Part shown: positions 30,275 through 43,846 of the stretch, in pieces
Numbering within the stretch: the stretch's first letter is position 1
How the letters are laid out: each line of letters opens with the position of its first letter
Source of the DNA: Eledone cirrhosa
Lineage: Eukaryota
NCBI GenBank assembly: GCA_964016885.1
Contig: OZ024740.1
Coordinates: 411,122,001 to 411,186,000, forward strand
Length of the DNA: 64,000 nucleotides
Direction: 5' to 3'
Notes under the pieces: generated by a model
Seen by the model: only the letters and a program-made list of their open reading frames with translations
Told to the model about the DNA's origin: nothing
Database searches by the model: none
Program-made: the position numbers and the translations under genes

Positions 30275-31699
30275 TATGTACAGTAGCGAGTTCAGTAATT
30301 CTGGTTATAATAACACTGTGGTAATATAATTGATATCACTCCCACTCCAGAGTGAATTCGTTGAAAATGTGGTGGGAAAGAAACCAACGACCGATATAAT
30401 CTGATGTTTGTAGTTCTCATTAGTTATTTTGTCAGAGGAAGTAATGTATCTTAAAGGTTTTAGGTGGCCACTTTCGATTTTGTTGTTATTGTTGCTACCG
30501 TTTAGCACCAAGTCAGGTTTAAAAACCAAATGCGGTCTATTCATGACTATTTCGTATGTTCGTAGGTCTAGTGTTTTAATATCCAAGATAGCTTCACATT
30601 TCTAAAATAATGGGGCTTAGATTTCGGTTCCTCAGTAGATAAAGTGACAACATTGATATTCATTTATGGCATTATATAACTAGTTAAGTACTGGAAATTT
30701 CACTTTAGTTGTAGGAGAAACAACAAATTCAATAGTTGGTGAAAATCTGTAAAATGTTATTACGTTAAATATTTTCAACATGCTTTATATCTTCTAGAGC
30801 AATGTTTCTCAAATACAATTATACGAATTATAAGTTTTCTTTGTATAAGTAATTTCTTTCTAAAAGAATTTCTGTCTCATTTAATGTCATTTAAATTGGG
30901 GCGTGGCAGAATGTCTGTAATACTTAGAAAATCGCAGAAGGGTTCCGCACCAAACAACCTTGTGCGTGAACAGTAGATATATTCATGATTCCAACAGATA
31001 TCAATACGACTCAGAAAGCATGTTTTTCAAGTGACAACACAGACATCAGTTCTTTCTTTCTACTTCTTTTCTTTTCCAATGATTGTGCAATAATTATTTT
31101 ATTGGTTTCCTTGGAAATCATTTATAGTTTATACACTCACACCTTCGTTGATAATTACTTTTACACAGTTTTAATGAACAGACAAGATCTCAAATTAATT
31201 ACTTTCCCCGTTCCTTTTAGATTTTTATTTGTTTGTAAATAATTAAATTTTTATTGTTCTTTCAATAACAATAACAATGTTTCTCTAACAGCTTCACTAC
31301 CAGTCTGTTGTTCAAAATGAAATTATGATTAATTATACAAATAAAGTATCATTATTGTAAACAAGAAATGCGGATTGTCCGTTAATTATCCTATTCCAAA
31401 TATCGCTAATTTGTTTTATTTGGCCCCATGTTAACTCTAATATAGCAGGCATATGAGGAAACATGGAAATTAGGTCCACATGACCTGTTTAAAGATTGAA
31501 CATTTTCTTTAATATAATTTGACTGATACTTCAAGCTGGATTGATGGCAACGCAAAATAAATCTTGTTTCTTCAGTAACCCTTATGATATAATGTGAGAG
31601 GAAAATTCAAAATGCTTGGTCGATTAGGTGAAGGAGATATAATTGACATAGTGATAATAATTCGACTGTCTCCACCTAGACGGGTCGGATCAAAGGATA

Positions 31700-32168
31700 G
31701 ACTTCAAAGCCTAGCTAAAAAGCCTGTCACAGCTCTCTACGAGGGAGGTGGAGTTGTGAAAAGTCGATAACAGCCGTTGAAATATGCAACGCGATGGCTT
31801 TCTGTACCAGGGACACATCACCTGGGTTGGATAGTCAGCCTACAAGCTTTACGCATATATGCTAGATGTCTTCGAAGACATCTTAATGGACATCTTAGCA
31901 GGCATCTATGATCACTGGCAACAGCATGGCACAAATCTTAATTCTGTGACACGTGGAACGGCAGCACTGCTGTAAAATGACCCAAACAAGGAGGATCATA
32001 TAGATAACGTCAGGCCTATAACTATTCTAAACGTAGTTTGCAATTTTGACCAAGGTTTTAGCGAGGAATTTGGCACTAATGGTCGTTGGTTAAGTAAGGG
32101 ACGCGCGAACATGCGCCATTCCAGACAGATCTAACCGCGACACCTCCACCGTATGCGATACATCATAG
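31700..32168 (+). mobile_element. Old Tx1-clade RT fragment
   Basis: HWQQHG..NSVTRG, DPNKEDHIDNVRPITILN, TCAIPDRS, LHRMRYII; collinear with 19400-19765. Confidence 0.75.
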
Positions 32169-32174
32169 AATATA

Positions 32175-33020
32175 TATTGTCGTCTGTGGGAATAGATACA
32201 ACAACTAGAAGGTATTGTTCCTCTTTATTGTCTTTCAATTTAATATCTTGTCGGTTGGCCTTGATCTCTTTGTCCGTATGTATTGGCATATCCCAGAGCA
32301 TGGTTGCTTTGTCATTCTATGACACTTTTTCTGGTGTGTGTTTGTATAATCTTTTTCAGTTAGTATTTCATAATGCTGGCATAAATTCCAATGTATGAAT
32401 GTCCCAGCTCTATCACATATGTTGATATATTCTTTTTAGGCTAGAGCTGGGCATCCAGAGTCTATGTGGTTGATTGTTTCTCCCCTCTCTCCACATATTC
32501 TACAGTTTCTTATCATGCTTTGTTTCATTATGTATTTGGTAGCTTTTGGTCGGTACACTCTGGTCCTGCGCTGCAATTAGAAATCCTTCCATCCTCAACT
32601 TTTAGTCCAGTGCTTCGAAGCCAGTTATGTGTGTTTTCTTTGACTACTTCGTTTCTATTAGCTTTATCAGAGTATTGGTCATGTGAGGATTTCTCTTGCC
32701 ATCGTTTTAACATGGGATTCTGGGTGTCAGTTTTCAATTTAAATTTTATGTCTTTTACAATTTCTGTTATTTTTTCTTTGTTTTCATTTTCCTCACATTT
32801 ATGTGTTAGTCCAATTTCTGATTTGAATTTTTTGGCTTCCTTGAAGAAAGAGAAGAGTTTTCGTTGTTTTGTCCATGTTTCGTGGCTATATATATTAGCT
32901 TTCCTTGGTTTTATATTAGGTATTTTTGTAGTCCTATAGTAATTATTTTATAAGCGTTTTCAAGTTGAATAAGGCCACTTTCTCCTTGTGTTCTTGGTAG
33001 GTATACTCTTTTTATGTCTG
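32175..33020 (-). mobile_element. R4/Dong-clade LINE remnant (zinc finger and restriction-like endonuclease region)
   Basis: WQEKSSHDQY..KENTHNWLRSTGLK, ICGERGETINHIDSGCPALA, MLWDMPIHTDKEIKANRQDI. Confidence 0.75.
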
Positions 33021-33218
33021 ATTTATTATTATTATAGGGATTCGTTGCTCGACTGCTAAGCGTATACCGTTTCGATAACAATTTTGTTCTACTGAAATGG
33101 TATAAGCTTAGGTGTTGATTACAGAATCTATTTAATGCACGCTATACTACGTGTGTGTGAAAGCGCGCGCATCCGTGTATGTAGGCATACAGACATAAAA
33201 ATACAACCCTTCTTCATG

Positions 33219-33254
<36 letters not shown>

Positions 33255-33259
<5 letters not shown>

Positions 33260-33537
33260 TATTGTATAGAAGGAGCTTCTCCAGGACTAGAACTGTTTCA
33301 TTCAGATGAAATCTTCAGGAAGCTGGGTGTCATATTAAGTTCTGGTATTTATACATTTAGGTAGTGGTAAGGGAGGGGTGGTGGCTGGGGGGGGAGGGGT
33401 AGGTTGGTATTTAGATACACAGGACCATAACATGGCACAGACCGTTTTTTCTTTGGGGAGTGGTCAATTAGCCGGAGTGCTTTTGTAAAATAAAAATAAA
33501 AAGAAAAAGTAAATAAATAAATAAATAAATAAATGAA

Positions 33538-33580
<43 letters not shown>

Positions 33581-33750
33581 AAATAAATAAAAACCCCAAG
33601 AATAGTCATTCAACAGATATATAGTAGGGACAATTTTTTAGGTGGGTTGGTATTAGTAGATAAACAAGACCGAATCATGGCACAGACCATTGTTCAAGTT
33701 AACATACAAGCTACAGGTGGCCAGAGTGTTTTTGTAGAATGAAAAGAATA
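33255..33750 (-). mobile_element. 3' end (pLTR) of a Penelope-like element between TA-rich microsatellites
   Basis: Hammerhead motif at 33274-33324 with TATAAATA about 25-30 nt upstream of CTGAAGA; faint [12 protein letters not shown] (TLxPxGLN-like) near 33700-33735. Confidence 0.55.
33274..33324 (-). ncRNA. Type I hammerhead ribozyme motif with mutated cleavage triplet
   Basis: agcttc-CTGAAGA-tttca tc tgaat-GAAA-cag ttctagtc ctg-GA-gaagct; 6-bp helix I; G where U16.1 is expected. Confidence 0.65.
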
Positions 33751-33789
33751 AAATATATTTACATACTCACAACCACATACATAAACACT

Positions 33790-33887
33790 TACACACACAT
33801 ATATGTATATCTATACATATATATATATACACACAAAAAAAACACATACACGCATATATACACACACACACATACACATACACACAC

Positions 33888-33969
<82 letters not shown>

Positions 33970-34126
33970 GTATATATATATATATATATATATACATATA
34001 CATGTATGTATGTCTCTCAGTATAAACTATTCTATACATACATATACATACATATACACACATATACATACACATACATACACACACACAAACACATACA
34101 TACACACATATATATATGCATGTATA

Positions 34127-34205
<79 letters not shown>

Positions 34206-34320
34206 ATATGCATATACACATATATACACATACACACATGCAAATATATACACATATACACATATACACATACGTTCACACATATACGCACTCGTTCACA
34301 CACATATGTATCTATATATA
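33790..34320. repeat. Compound (TA)n/(CA)n/(TACA)n low-complexity tract
   Basis: Directly visible. Confidence 0.95.
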
Positions 34321-34479
34321 TTGGGAAAAAGTAGTGGGACAAATTATAAACTGAGCCTGATAAAAGATTGAAATATTTATTATCACTACTAAATTATTAA
34401 TATTATCATCAAGTAAATAATTATTATTTACCATTCACTATTTATTACCTATCTTTTATCTATTCATTATTTAATCATT

Positions 34480-34665
34480 GGTGGATTGGCAGTATCGGTA
34501 GAGGGTCGGACGCCATGCTTTCTAGCATAGTTACGTCCCTTTACGATCTGAGTTCAAATCCCGCCGAGGTTGACTTTGCCTTTCATCCTGACGGGGTCGA
34601 TAAAATAAAGTACCAGTAATGCACTGGGTAATTGCTGGCCTTGTGCCTAAAGTAGAAACAATTAT
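34480..34665 (+). mobile_element. tRNA-head/Nin-domain SINE with 14-bp TSD
   Basis: attatttaatcatt at 34466-34479 and 34661-34674. Confidence 0.92.
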
Positions 34666-34778
34666 TTAATCATTCACTTATTAAATAATAAATAAATGAA
34701 TTAAGTAACAAACAAACAAACAAACAGATAAACAATAAACAAAAAAATAAATAAATAAATAAATAAAATAATAAATAA

Positions 34779-34845
<67 letters not shown>

Positions 34846-35551
34846 TATGTATATATATATATAGATATACAATTATGTAGGCGTGGGTGTGTGCTTATGT
34901 GTGCATATGCGGTTTCACGTATTAAATACATGGACATATGTATGTATCTATAAACATCTCTCCCTGCATATATGTAATTGTATTAAGTTGTAGATGTGTA
35001 GAAGAGCCTGCTAATAGCAGCCACCGAAACATAATGTTTACGTGAAATAAAATTGTTTGGGATATATCTCACGAATCATCAAGATGTTTTCCTCAATGTA
35101 ACAAAGACTTCTGAAATATTTCCTTTATGCCTCCTTAGACAAAAGAAATTGTATTGTGGATTCTTTGCCGCAAATCTTAGTTTCTGAGAATGCAAAATAA
35201 CATACTGGCATAGCCCACACTCATATACCAGTGCGTGTCCATGGTTATGTGTATAGGGATATGTCTCTGTGTATGTGTATGTTGACAATGTATGCTCTAA
35301 TATTTCTAAATAATGTAGACGCTAACATATAAGAATCAGTTGATTGTTGTTCTACTATCTATACTTCCTTGCAACAATTTTCATCTGAATAGAAAGAAAG
35401 GATTGGACATTTAAACATGAAAAACATATTTTTAATATGATGTATGTTCTTACCAACAATAAATAGGTAATCATGCCTCGATATGTTTAAATTCAATAAA
35501 GATCGTTCTGAAAACTACTTTTGTTTCATAAGGCAAGAAAACGCCCACACA

Positions 35552-35702
<151 letters not shown>

Positions 35703-36242
35703 CCATGCTCAGGAATAGACAGATCATTTGTTGGTTTGGATTATATATGTCAAAGACATAGAAAATGAAAAACAAAAGCTCCAAACATTGAAAGACAATC
35801 GCTTAATAAACATTTAGATATAAGACATGGTATGGAGAGAACCAAAGGAGTATGGCTATTGGTATTGGTGGATTATTGTAGTTATTCATCAGGTTATTGT
35901 AGTTATATGCATTTTTTGTCGACATCATTATCGTGTCACTATTTGTTTAATTACTATACCGGTTTCCTTCATCATAATGCACACATGTTCATCATAGTGA
36001 AGTGTTTTAATCCATCAAACTTGTGCTATTCCATCTGAGTACATTTTGTTTGGATTTTTATTGGGCGAATAACTAAGTTTTATTCACCCAATCCTTTACA
36101 CTGATATGCACGCATAGAAACACACAAACGCACGCACTCACACACACATGCCCATACACACACAGACCTCTCTCCACACACACACACTCCGACACACACT
36201 CACGCGCACACTCCCACAAACACACAGAGGCACACACACACA

Positions 36243-36310
<68 letters not shown>

Positions 36311-36795
36311 ATCAAAAGATGGTTAAAAGAGTTCCAAGTATTTTATTATGCGCATTTCAAAAATAAATATCATGGGATGATATTTGCGTTCTCATCAGAT
36401 AAAATAGGGAGACATGATATGAAGCTTAAAAAACACTTGCGAGCAGTGAAGTGTAAAATGAAAGGATGAAAATTAAAGTAAGATGGATATATGAGATTGT
36501 GAAAAAAGGAGGGGGGCGGGGTTAAGAAAAAGTAAGGAAGAGGAAGAAAGAAAATAAAGGATGAAGGGGTAGGGGTATAAGAAGGAAGGATGAGAGAGGA
36601 GGAGAAAGGAGTGATAGAGAGAGAGAAATATCCTTTACAACTGAGAAAAACATTGTCTCACAGAGAGAAATTAAAAAACCGTTGAACTGTTTTAACCATC
36701 TTTTGATCTTATATTATTTATAGCCCTATAAACTGTGGAGTGCTACTTATACGATATTTGCATTGATTTATTGTGCTACAATAAAACTCACCTCC

Positions 36796-36827
<32 letters not shown>

Positions 36828-36942
36828 GTACGAAAAGAGTCAGCAACCGTTCGGCTGAGCTCCGGCCATTTCGACAGCTTGATCCGTTCGGATCTAACTG
36901 TTGTTATGGTCCACCTGGTATCCTAACTCATCCACATTGTTT
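36828..36942. mobile_element. Diverged family A fold-back element with internal deletion
   Basis: cggctgagctccggccatttcgacagc, hairpin gatccg-tt-cggatc, then gttatggtccacctgg tail; TA flanks. Confidence 0.65.
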
Positions 36943-36963
36943 TATATATATATATATATATAT

Positions 36964-37150
36964 AACGAAGGAATTGTGGTAAGGAACCAGATGGACCACA
37001 ACGCACCAGAGTACTCAATACTTAGGGTAGTAGAGTGGGAAATAGGAAAAAGTATGACCCCGACGGCAGAACTCAAGCCGTTTCGACGGCTATTTCTAGA
37101 AATAGCCGTCGAAACGGTTGAGCTCTGCCGTCGGGTCATACTTTTTCCTA
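36964..37150. mobile_element. Fold-back element family A in (TA)n
   Basis: Near-perfect palindrome 37043-37150 centred on tttcTAgaaa, plus a tail of about 80 nt on the left arm. Confidence 0.82.
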
Positions 37151-37284
37151 TATATATATATTCATAAGGGCATATATGTATATATTTAGACATAGTCACA
37201 GATATGAGTGTGGTTACCTTCAACGGTGTCGCTCGATGAAAAAATGAATTAAGCAAATAATTGTGAATGAGAGCTATATAAAAT

Positions 37285-37693
37285 TATAAGTTTGAAGAAC
37301 AGTCAGACGAGATATATCCAATTCTTTTCCTCCTTAGTCTGTAGAAATCAACTAGATAAATAATCATTTAAACAGAGCTAAGTTTACAATGAAACTTTGA
37401 AGAAATAACAGATAAATGTCACAGACTTTCCTCTGTGAGGATCAGTCAGATAAAATTTACCTTGTCCTTCCTCTTAGTCCGTAGAAATTAACTAGACAAA
37501 TAATCAATTAAACGGAGGTAAATTGTATCTGACTGTTCCTCACAGAGGAAAGTCTGTGACATTTATCTGTTATTTCTTCAAAGTTTCATTGTAAACTTAG
37601 CTCCGTTTAAATGATTATTCATCTAGTTGATTTCTACAGACTAAGGAGGAAAAGAATTGGATATATCTCGTCTGACTGTTCTTCAAACTTATA
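37285..37693. repeat. Inverted repeat with 178-bp arms and 53-bp spacer (fold-back family B)
   Basis: 37285-37462 is the reverse complement of 37516-37693 with about 4 mismatches; right arm ends in (TA)n. Confidence 0.92.
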
Positions 37694-37715
37694 TATATAT
37701 GAATATATATATATA

Positions 37716-38029
37716 TTTCGTTTCTGAATTTGTTTAGCAAGATTCTTTATCTGAAATCGTGTGTTGAAACCGATATTGTTATACTTTGGGAGGGTCATGT
37801 TACCAATAAGAAACACACGCACCAGTTGCTTTCACTTCAATTTATTATAATAAATTTATAATAAATTTATAAATTTATAAATTTCTGGTTGGTTGGTTCC
37901 ACAACCAGATAGTTGTTTATATATTGTCATAGTTCTTTCGTCACACACTATGTGACCTCTTCAGTGACTGGGGATTCCTTCCTTTGTTTTTGTGCCTCCC
38001 CTTTGTTCTGTCCTACGCCATTTTGTTTG

Positions 38030-38030
<1 letters not shown>
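37716..38030 (-). mobile_element. Family C Penelope-like pLTR insert in (TA)n
   Basis: Homologous to 52224-52449 and 59745-59960; contains the hammerhead at 37926-37968. Confidence 0.78.
37926..37968 (-). ncRNA. Minimal type I hammerhead ribozyme motif
   Basis: gtca-CTGAAGA-g-gtcaca tagtg tgtgac-GAAA-g aa c-TA-tgac; helices I and II pair perfectly; CUA triplet. Confidence 0.75.
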
Positions 38031-38124
<94 letters not shown>

Positions 38125-38125
<1 letters not shown>

Positions 38126-38166
38126 GGAAAAGAGACCTCGACGGCTGAGCTCCGGCCGTTTCGACA
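38125..38166 (-). mobile_element. Solo short arm of family A in (TA)n
   Basis: Minus strand gtcGAAACGGCcggagctcaGCCGTCgaggtctcttttcc(TA)n. Confidence 0.7.
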
Positions 38167-39015
38167 TCTATATATATAAGAAAATGAGTTGTTTTTTTAA
38201 TTGAAAAAAAAAAAAACACGAGTGAAAATATTAGGAAAAGAAAAATGAAATCGAAAATGCAACTGGCGTCTTTTTAAGAAAATTTATTTGTTTCCTTTAC
38301 CGGTTTCAAAATTCATATGCTTTTCAAAAGTAGAATTGAGATGGAGGGTTTGTGGTTTTTCTCGCATCTGTTTGGTTTTCGAAATATATATATATATGTC
38401 TTCTTTTCGAATAGTTTTCATGTACCTAATTCCAGGTGTGTATTTTGGTAAGTCCGGCTCTATGTTATGATCATTTTAGGAAGATATTTACCTCACCTGT
38501 TGACCACTAGATTTGAAAGCAGAACTATTGTTATATAACAGGAAAAAGGCCAATTAGAATAATACCACTTACCGTATCTCGTATCATTAATCACTTATGC
38601 TACAAAGATATGCCTGCAAATTACGCAATTGCCGTTTATTATGTAACTTCGCATTATTTATACAATTTTTTAGAATTAACAGCTTTGAAACTTCATTAAT
38701 ATATTTTTTAATAATTCATCCCAGACAATATTTGTTTGTTAATTATTGATTCTAGAAACAAAAATTTAAATACAGAAGAGTTGAACCAACCTCATCAACA
38801 AACGTTAACAACACGCATATATACAAACTCATACATACAAATAAATATCGGTGTGCGTGTGAGATAAAATGGTATGTTGATCGACGTCTTAATACATACT
38901 CTCATGTATTAAGACAGAGTGATATTTACATTGGTATGGAGAACAATAGGGTAACAGACCGTGAACAGTGACAGCAATATTGTTCTTATCGTTATTATAA
39001 TTTATTTTCATGTTA

Positions 39016-39099
39016 ATTAACATTATCATTAATATTTATTAATATTAATGATAATGTTAATCACCCATCACCAATATTTATTAATATTGGTGATGGGTG
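39016..39099. repeat. Two abutting perfect hairpins with an identical core
   Basis: 21-bp stem 39016-39061 and 17-bp stem 39062-39099, both centred on aatatt-TATT-aatatt. Confidence 0.9.
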
Positions 39100-39384
39100 T
39101 CATTGTGTTTGACCAAATGACTATTATATCCTCAGTTCAAATCTCTTTGGCATCAACGATTATTATACGTTTATTATACGATTATTATACGATTATTATA
39201 TCTTCTTAATCCCGCAAGTCGTAGGGGTACCCATAATGGCATAGAGCATTTCGTAGACAGTTTTAAAGTGTGGCGGAGCCCATTATTGTCCAGGTAGTAA
39301 CAAAACAATTCTTTTCCAGAGAAGGATAATAAATAAAAGAGAGGAACCGAGAAAGAGATATAGAGACAAACTCGACCCAAATAC

Positions 39385-39538
39385 TAGACTGGTACATTTT
39401 TCATCCCCCTCGAAAGAATGAAATTTAGAGTTGAACTCGGTGGGATTTGATCTCAAAGAGCAGAAAGCCGGAAACGTTACCTCAAAGTATTTGAAGTATT
39501 TTATCCGACGTTTAAACGACTCTGCAGATTCGCTACCT
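39385..39538 (-). mobile_element. Old diverged Nin-type SINE
   Basis: ctggtac..cgaaagaatgaa..gttgaactcggtgggatttgatctca resembles the reverse complement of the core and B box. Confidence 0.55.
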
Positions 39539-40944
39539 ACAATTGGCTATATTCTTTTCCACTTGTTTTGGAGTTTTAAAATCGTAGAAATCAAAACATA
39601 TACGATATCTAGTGGTGATTCCATTGAAACAGTGGCAGAAAACATTCCTCGTAAGATTCGTTAGAAGCCTTTTCATTCTGAATTCGCATCCCACAGCGAT
39701 TGACGCAGGATCTTATCATATTGACAACTAGAAAGAGTACCAATCACATATTAAAGACTGCATAATAGAGACGGCGTGAGCATGTGTTTATATATATAAA
39801 AAGAGATGGAAACAGATACAGTAATATATTGGTTACTATCACAGTCAAATTGCAACTAAATACATTTTCGGTTATAGCTTCTGAGTTGATTCTGTTGTAT
39901 TTATTTATACCTAGGTTGAACCTAATCCATGTAATGTCAACTATGACCATCCGGCCTTTCAAGTGTTCGTACAACTACACCACCCTTATTGAAAATGTTA
40001 AGCATGATTGGAAGAATTTGCTGTTTTGGCTAGATATTGAGCCAACCAAATATAGGCTTATATAGGCAAATATAGCCTTCTGTAGATATGATTTGTTAAA
40101 TTCAGTACTATATTTATATGTTCTTTACAGGAGCTGACCACCTTGCTCGTTGGATAGGATCAAGATAGTTCTGTTCAAAACACAACTTAAGTTTACAACA
40201 CGTGAATCGAGAGATCTACAAAATGTCACAAACTGACTCTGTAACCTGGGCATATTCCTTTTCGAGGAAGCCCTACGCGGTAGGCACCTACCATAAAAGC
40301 TACAGCACAGATCGCCTAATATAGTTGAACCCATCTTTCAAAGGCCACATTGAATTCTAACAACATTATCGGCTCCAGCACAAACAAATGGAAACACTCA
40401 GAGCATATATATAAATGAAAGATCACCCAGAATTACTACATTATCACATTATTTAATTCATTACATATGTTTCATTCTACTACAAAGGTAGAGAACTATT
40501 CAGAATCATTATATATAATATAGAAACACATTTATTTACCGAACATGTTCATAAGTTTCCGCGCTGGAGACTTAAGAACCTATATGTTAAATAAATGTCT
40601 TTCCTATAGTTCTCTACAAGGTATTAAATACTACATCATATGTAAATCAATGGAATAATGTATTAATGTACTTAACTTTGATTATCTTTTCATTTATATA
40701 TATGCTCTGTGATTTACAAATCTACGATGACCGGAAGTCTGCGTATTGGATTTATATCTGTAATGTCTTTCGGTTATAAGTCAACATTTCATAATTTGCC
40801 TCTTTTATTACAGTTATATTTCGGTGAGAGCCACAATTCAACAGCTATGATTTCTTCAGACAGTTACAAGCATCACATCGAAAGCATAAAAAAAAACAAA
40901 GTTTGTCTTGGAGAAAAGTTAATATTAGAGAAAAGTAAAGTTAT

Positions 40945-41073
<129 letters not shown>

Positions 41074-41448
41074 TTAATGGCAAAAACAACAGTTTGGAAT
41101 CTATCTCACTGTATTCCTATGAATGATGGTCAGTGACTATACCTATCACCAAAGATCTAGACAGTTACTGCAACGGAATGGTGAGTACGATGACAAACAA
41201 TGAACCTAACGACTGTGTGCTACAAACAAAATTCTCAACTGCAACTTTCACCTGTTAGCCATAGAATCTGTGACAGGCGGCTCCAACTTGCAAGTCAGGT
41301 TATGAGAGGCAGCGAACTTGCTACAAAACGTTTTATATGTGGCCCACTAATGTGAAACCGGAACGTGGAAGAAGCGTGTGTGTATGTGTGCATGAATGTA
41401 TGTGTGTGCGCGCGCGCGTGTGTGTATGTATATAAACATACACACACA

Positions 41449-41484
<36 letters not shown>

Positions 41485-41632
41485 TACATACAGTTAATAT
41501 TACTTTTATCATTAAATATTTAAACATACATAGCTTATTTGTATTCACCATATCCTGTCTTTTGAGAAAAAGTAAATAATACACATATATACACACATAT
41601 ATATGTATCCATATATGTATATATATGTAAAC

Positions 41633-41671
<39 letters not shown>

Positions 41672-41692
41672 TATATATATATGCATATACAG

Positions 41693-41768
<76 letters not shown>

Positions 41769-42925
41769 CATGGAAACATACATACATGCATACATATATT
41801 CCTGCAAATATACATTAATAACCGTGTCTTTGTGTAAATATTACCTTTATCACTGAATATTTAAATATAAATACCTTATTGGTATTCAACATATGTTTTT
41901 CAAGGTAGAAAAAGATATAATACTTTGTCTTAAAAGCATGCTCATATTTTCCATTACTTTTGAACCTGGGTGAATAATGTTAATCTTTCATCAGTTTTAT
42001 ATTTTTGTGAGATGCCTATTATGTATTTTTAGTCAAGATGTGGAACTCTTTACTCAGATATATATTTCGATGGACGATAAACCACACTGCTGGAGATCAG
42101 ATTATTAATAAGTCATTTAAGCACCTTTCGTAAATGTTGATTCTCTTGGTTACTGATGTAACTTTAGTACGGAATTCTATGATAACGATAATTCATTGTC
42201 CGTATTATTGGCATTGTTTTCATTTAGCGCCATTACAGTCGCTATGAAGCCTCCCACCAAAGGCGTTGCCATATCCATCCCAACCTTTCCTCTAGAGATA
42301 GTGTATTTATATCTACATCTGTGTTTTATTTCAATGTGTTATGTTGTGATTTGTTGGAGATTTTAGTGCTCTTATATCCTGCCGTGTGATTACGTAGAGG
42401 CACTGTTCTCCTCCATGACATTGGTGATGTTATCAAAACCCCCCTTGTTTTATAGCCTGGTCTGCTATATAAAGGTACCGAATGTTTAGTATTGAGCCGG
42501 AATGAGATTTGACTGTTAACGACTCTATCATGTACAAACTTAAAAATGGATTTCCGATTTAAATACGACTCTAATCACTTTTCCAGATATGGGGCTGTTT
42601 AGAGTTATGAACTTCACCTCTCTATGTATCTTCAAGTGTAACATGAAGTACCAACAGATAGTGTAATGTTTCTTAGTATGGTATACCAAGTGTTTTTTTA
42701 TATAATGTATTGCAGCATAGTATAACTTATTGCATATTAGTCCACCATAGCAACCTGTACTCTCCTAAAATATCGTAGATTTTATGGGTATAACACGTGG
42801 TGCAATATATGTATATAATTGTAAATTGTACAATACATTAAATTAGAATATTATATTATATTACATTATATTATACTATATTATATCATATTATATTATA
42901 TTATACTATAATATATTATATTATA

Positions 42926-43522
42926 CTAGCACGGGATCAGGTATTTTGGAATGCGGGCCGCCAAAAGACCTAATCGTGGAAGAACTGCATGCCTAGACAA
43001 TATGTAAAGAAAATAAACCGGATACTCTGATGGCTGGATAATCTTTAAGATTTTCTTCGATGAAACAGGAAAAATGCAGATTTTCACCTAATGTGGGCCC
43101 TGGGGAATCAAGAAAATGAATTTTTTTAATGTGCATAATGTCTTGAATTTTCAGGAAAATCGGCTAGACGAAACGCCTCCAAAAAGCCCTAAGAAGTTGA
43201 AAAAATTAAGTTTTTCACCTAATGCGGGCCAGAGGCCATAAGAAAGTTGGATTTTCTTTGTTTACGGTATGAAGAAGAGACTGACTAATACATAGTTACA
43301 ATTTCAAGGAAATCGGTCTGACCTAACGCCTCAAAAAACCCCTAAAAATCTTAAAAGACGCAGTCTTTCACCGAATCCGGGCCCTAGGAGATCAACAAGT
43401 TGAATTTGTTTATGTGCATAACACTCCCTGAAACATGTAAAGTTTGAAAAAGATCGGTTGGGTACTTTTTGAGTTTTAGGGATTCAAACTCACAGACACA
43501 CACACAGACACACACACAGACA

Positions 43523-43602
<80 letters not shown>

Positions 43603-43846
43603 GGCATCCTCAGGGAAGTGACGTAATGCAGACAGTCAGACATAGAGACATATATTATAAGGGCGCGACGTTATATGTATGTATCTATCTAAAAAGAGAA
43701 AGACTAAGAATTATAGAGCGAGATCGCTAAATCGTCCAATACGGTCCCTAGGGCATTGAAAATTTGAAACTGTTTTGCTCAGAACACTCCCTGAAACATA
43801 AGTATTTCATGTGTAAAGTTTGAAAACAGTCGATTTGGTGCTTCTC
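42926..43846 (-). mobile_element. Non-autonomous Helitron, long form, 5' end lost and hairpin partly deleted
   Basis: Collinear with 1934-2860; CTAG end kept; about 18 nt of the subterminal hairpin missing between gca microhomologies. Confidence 0.85.

Noticed and set aside
34995-35040. CTGCTAA...GAAA-cataatg-TT hammerhead-like motif
   Set aside because: Two core mismatches and no helix I
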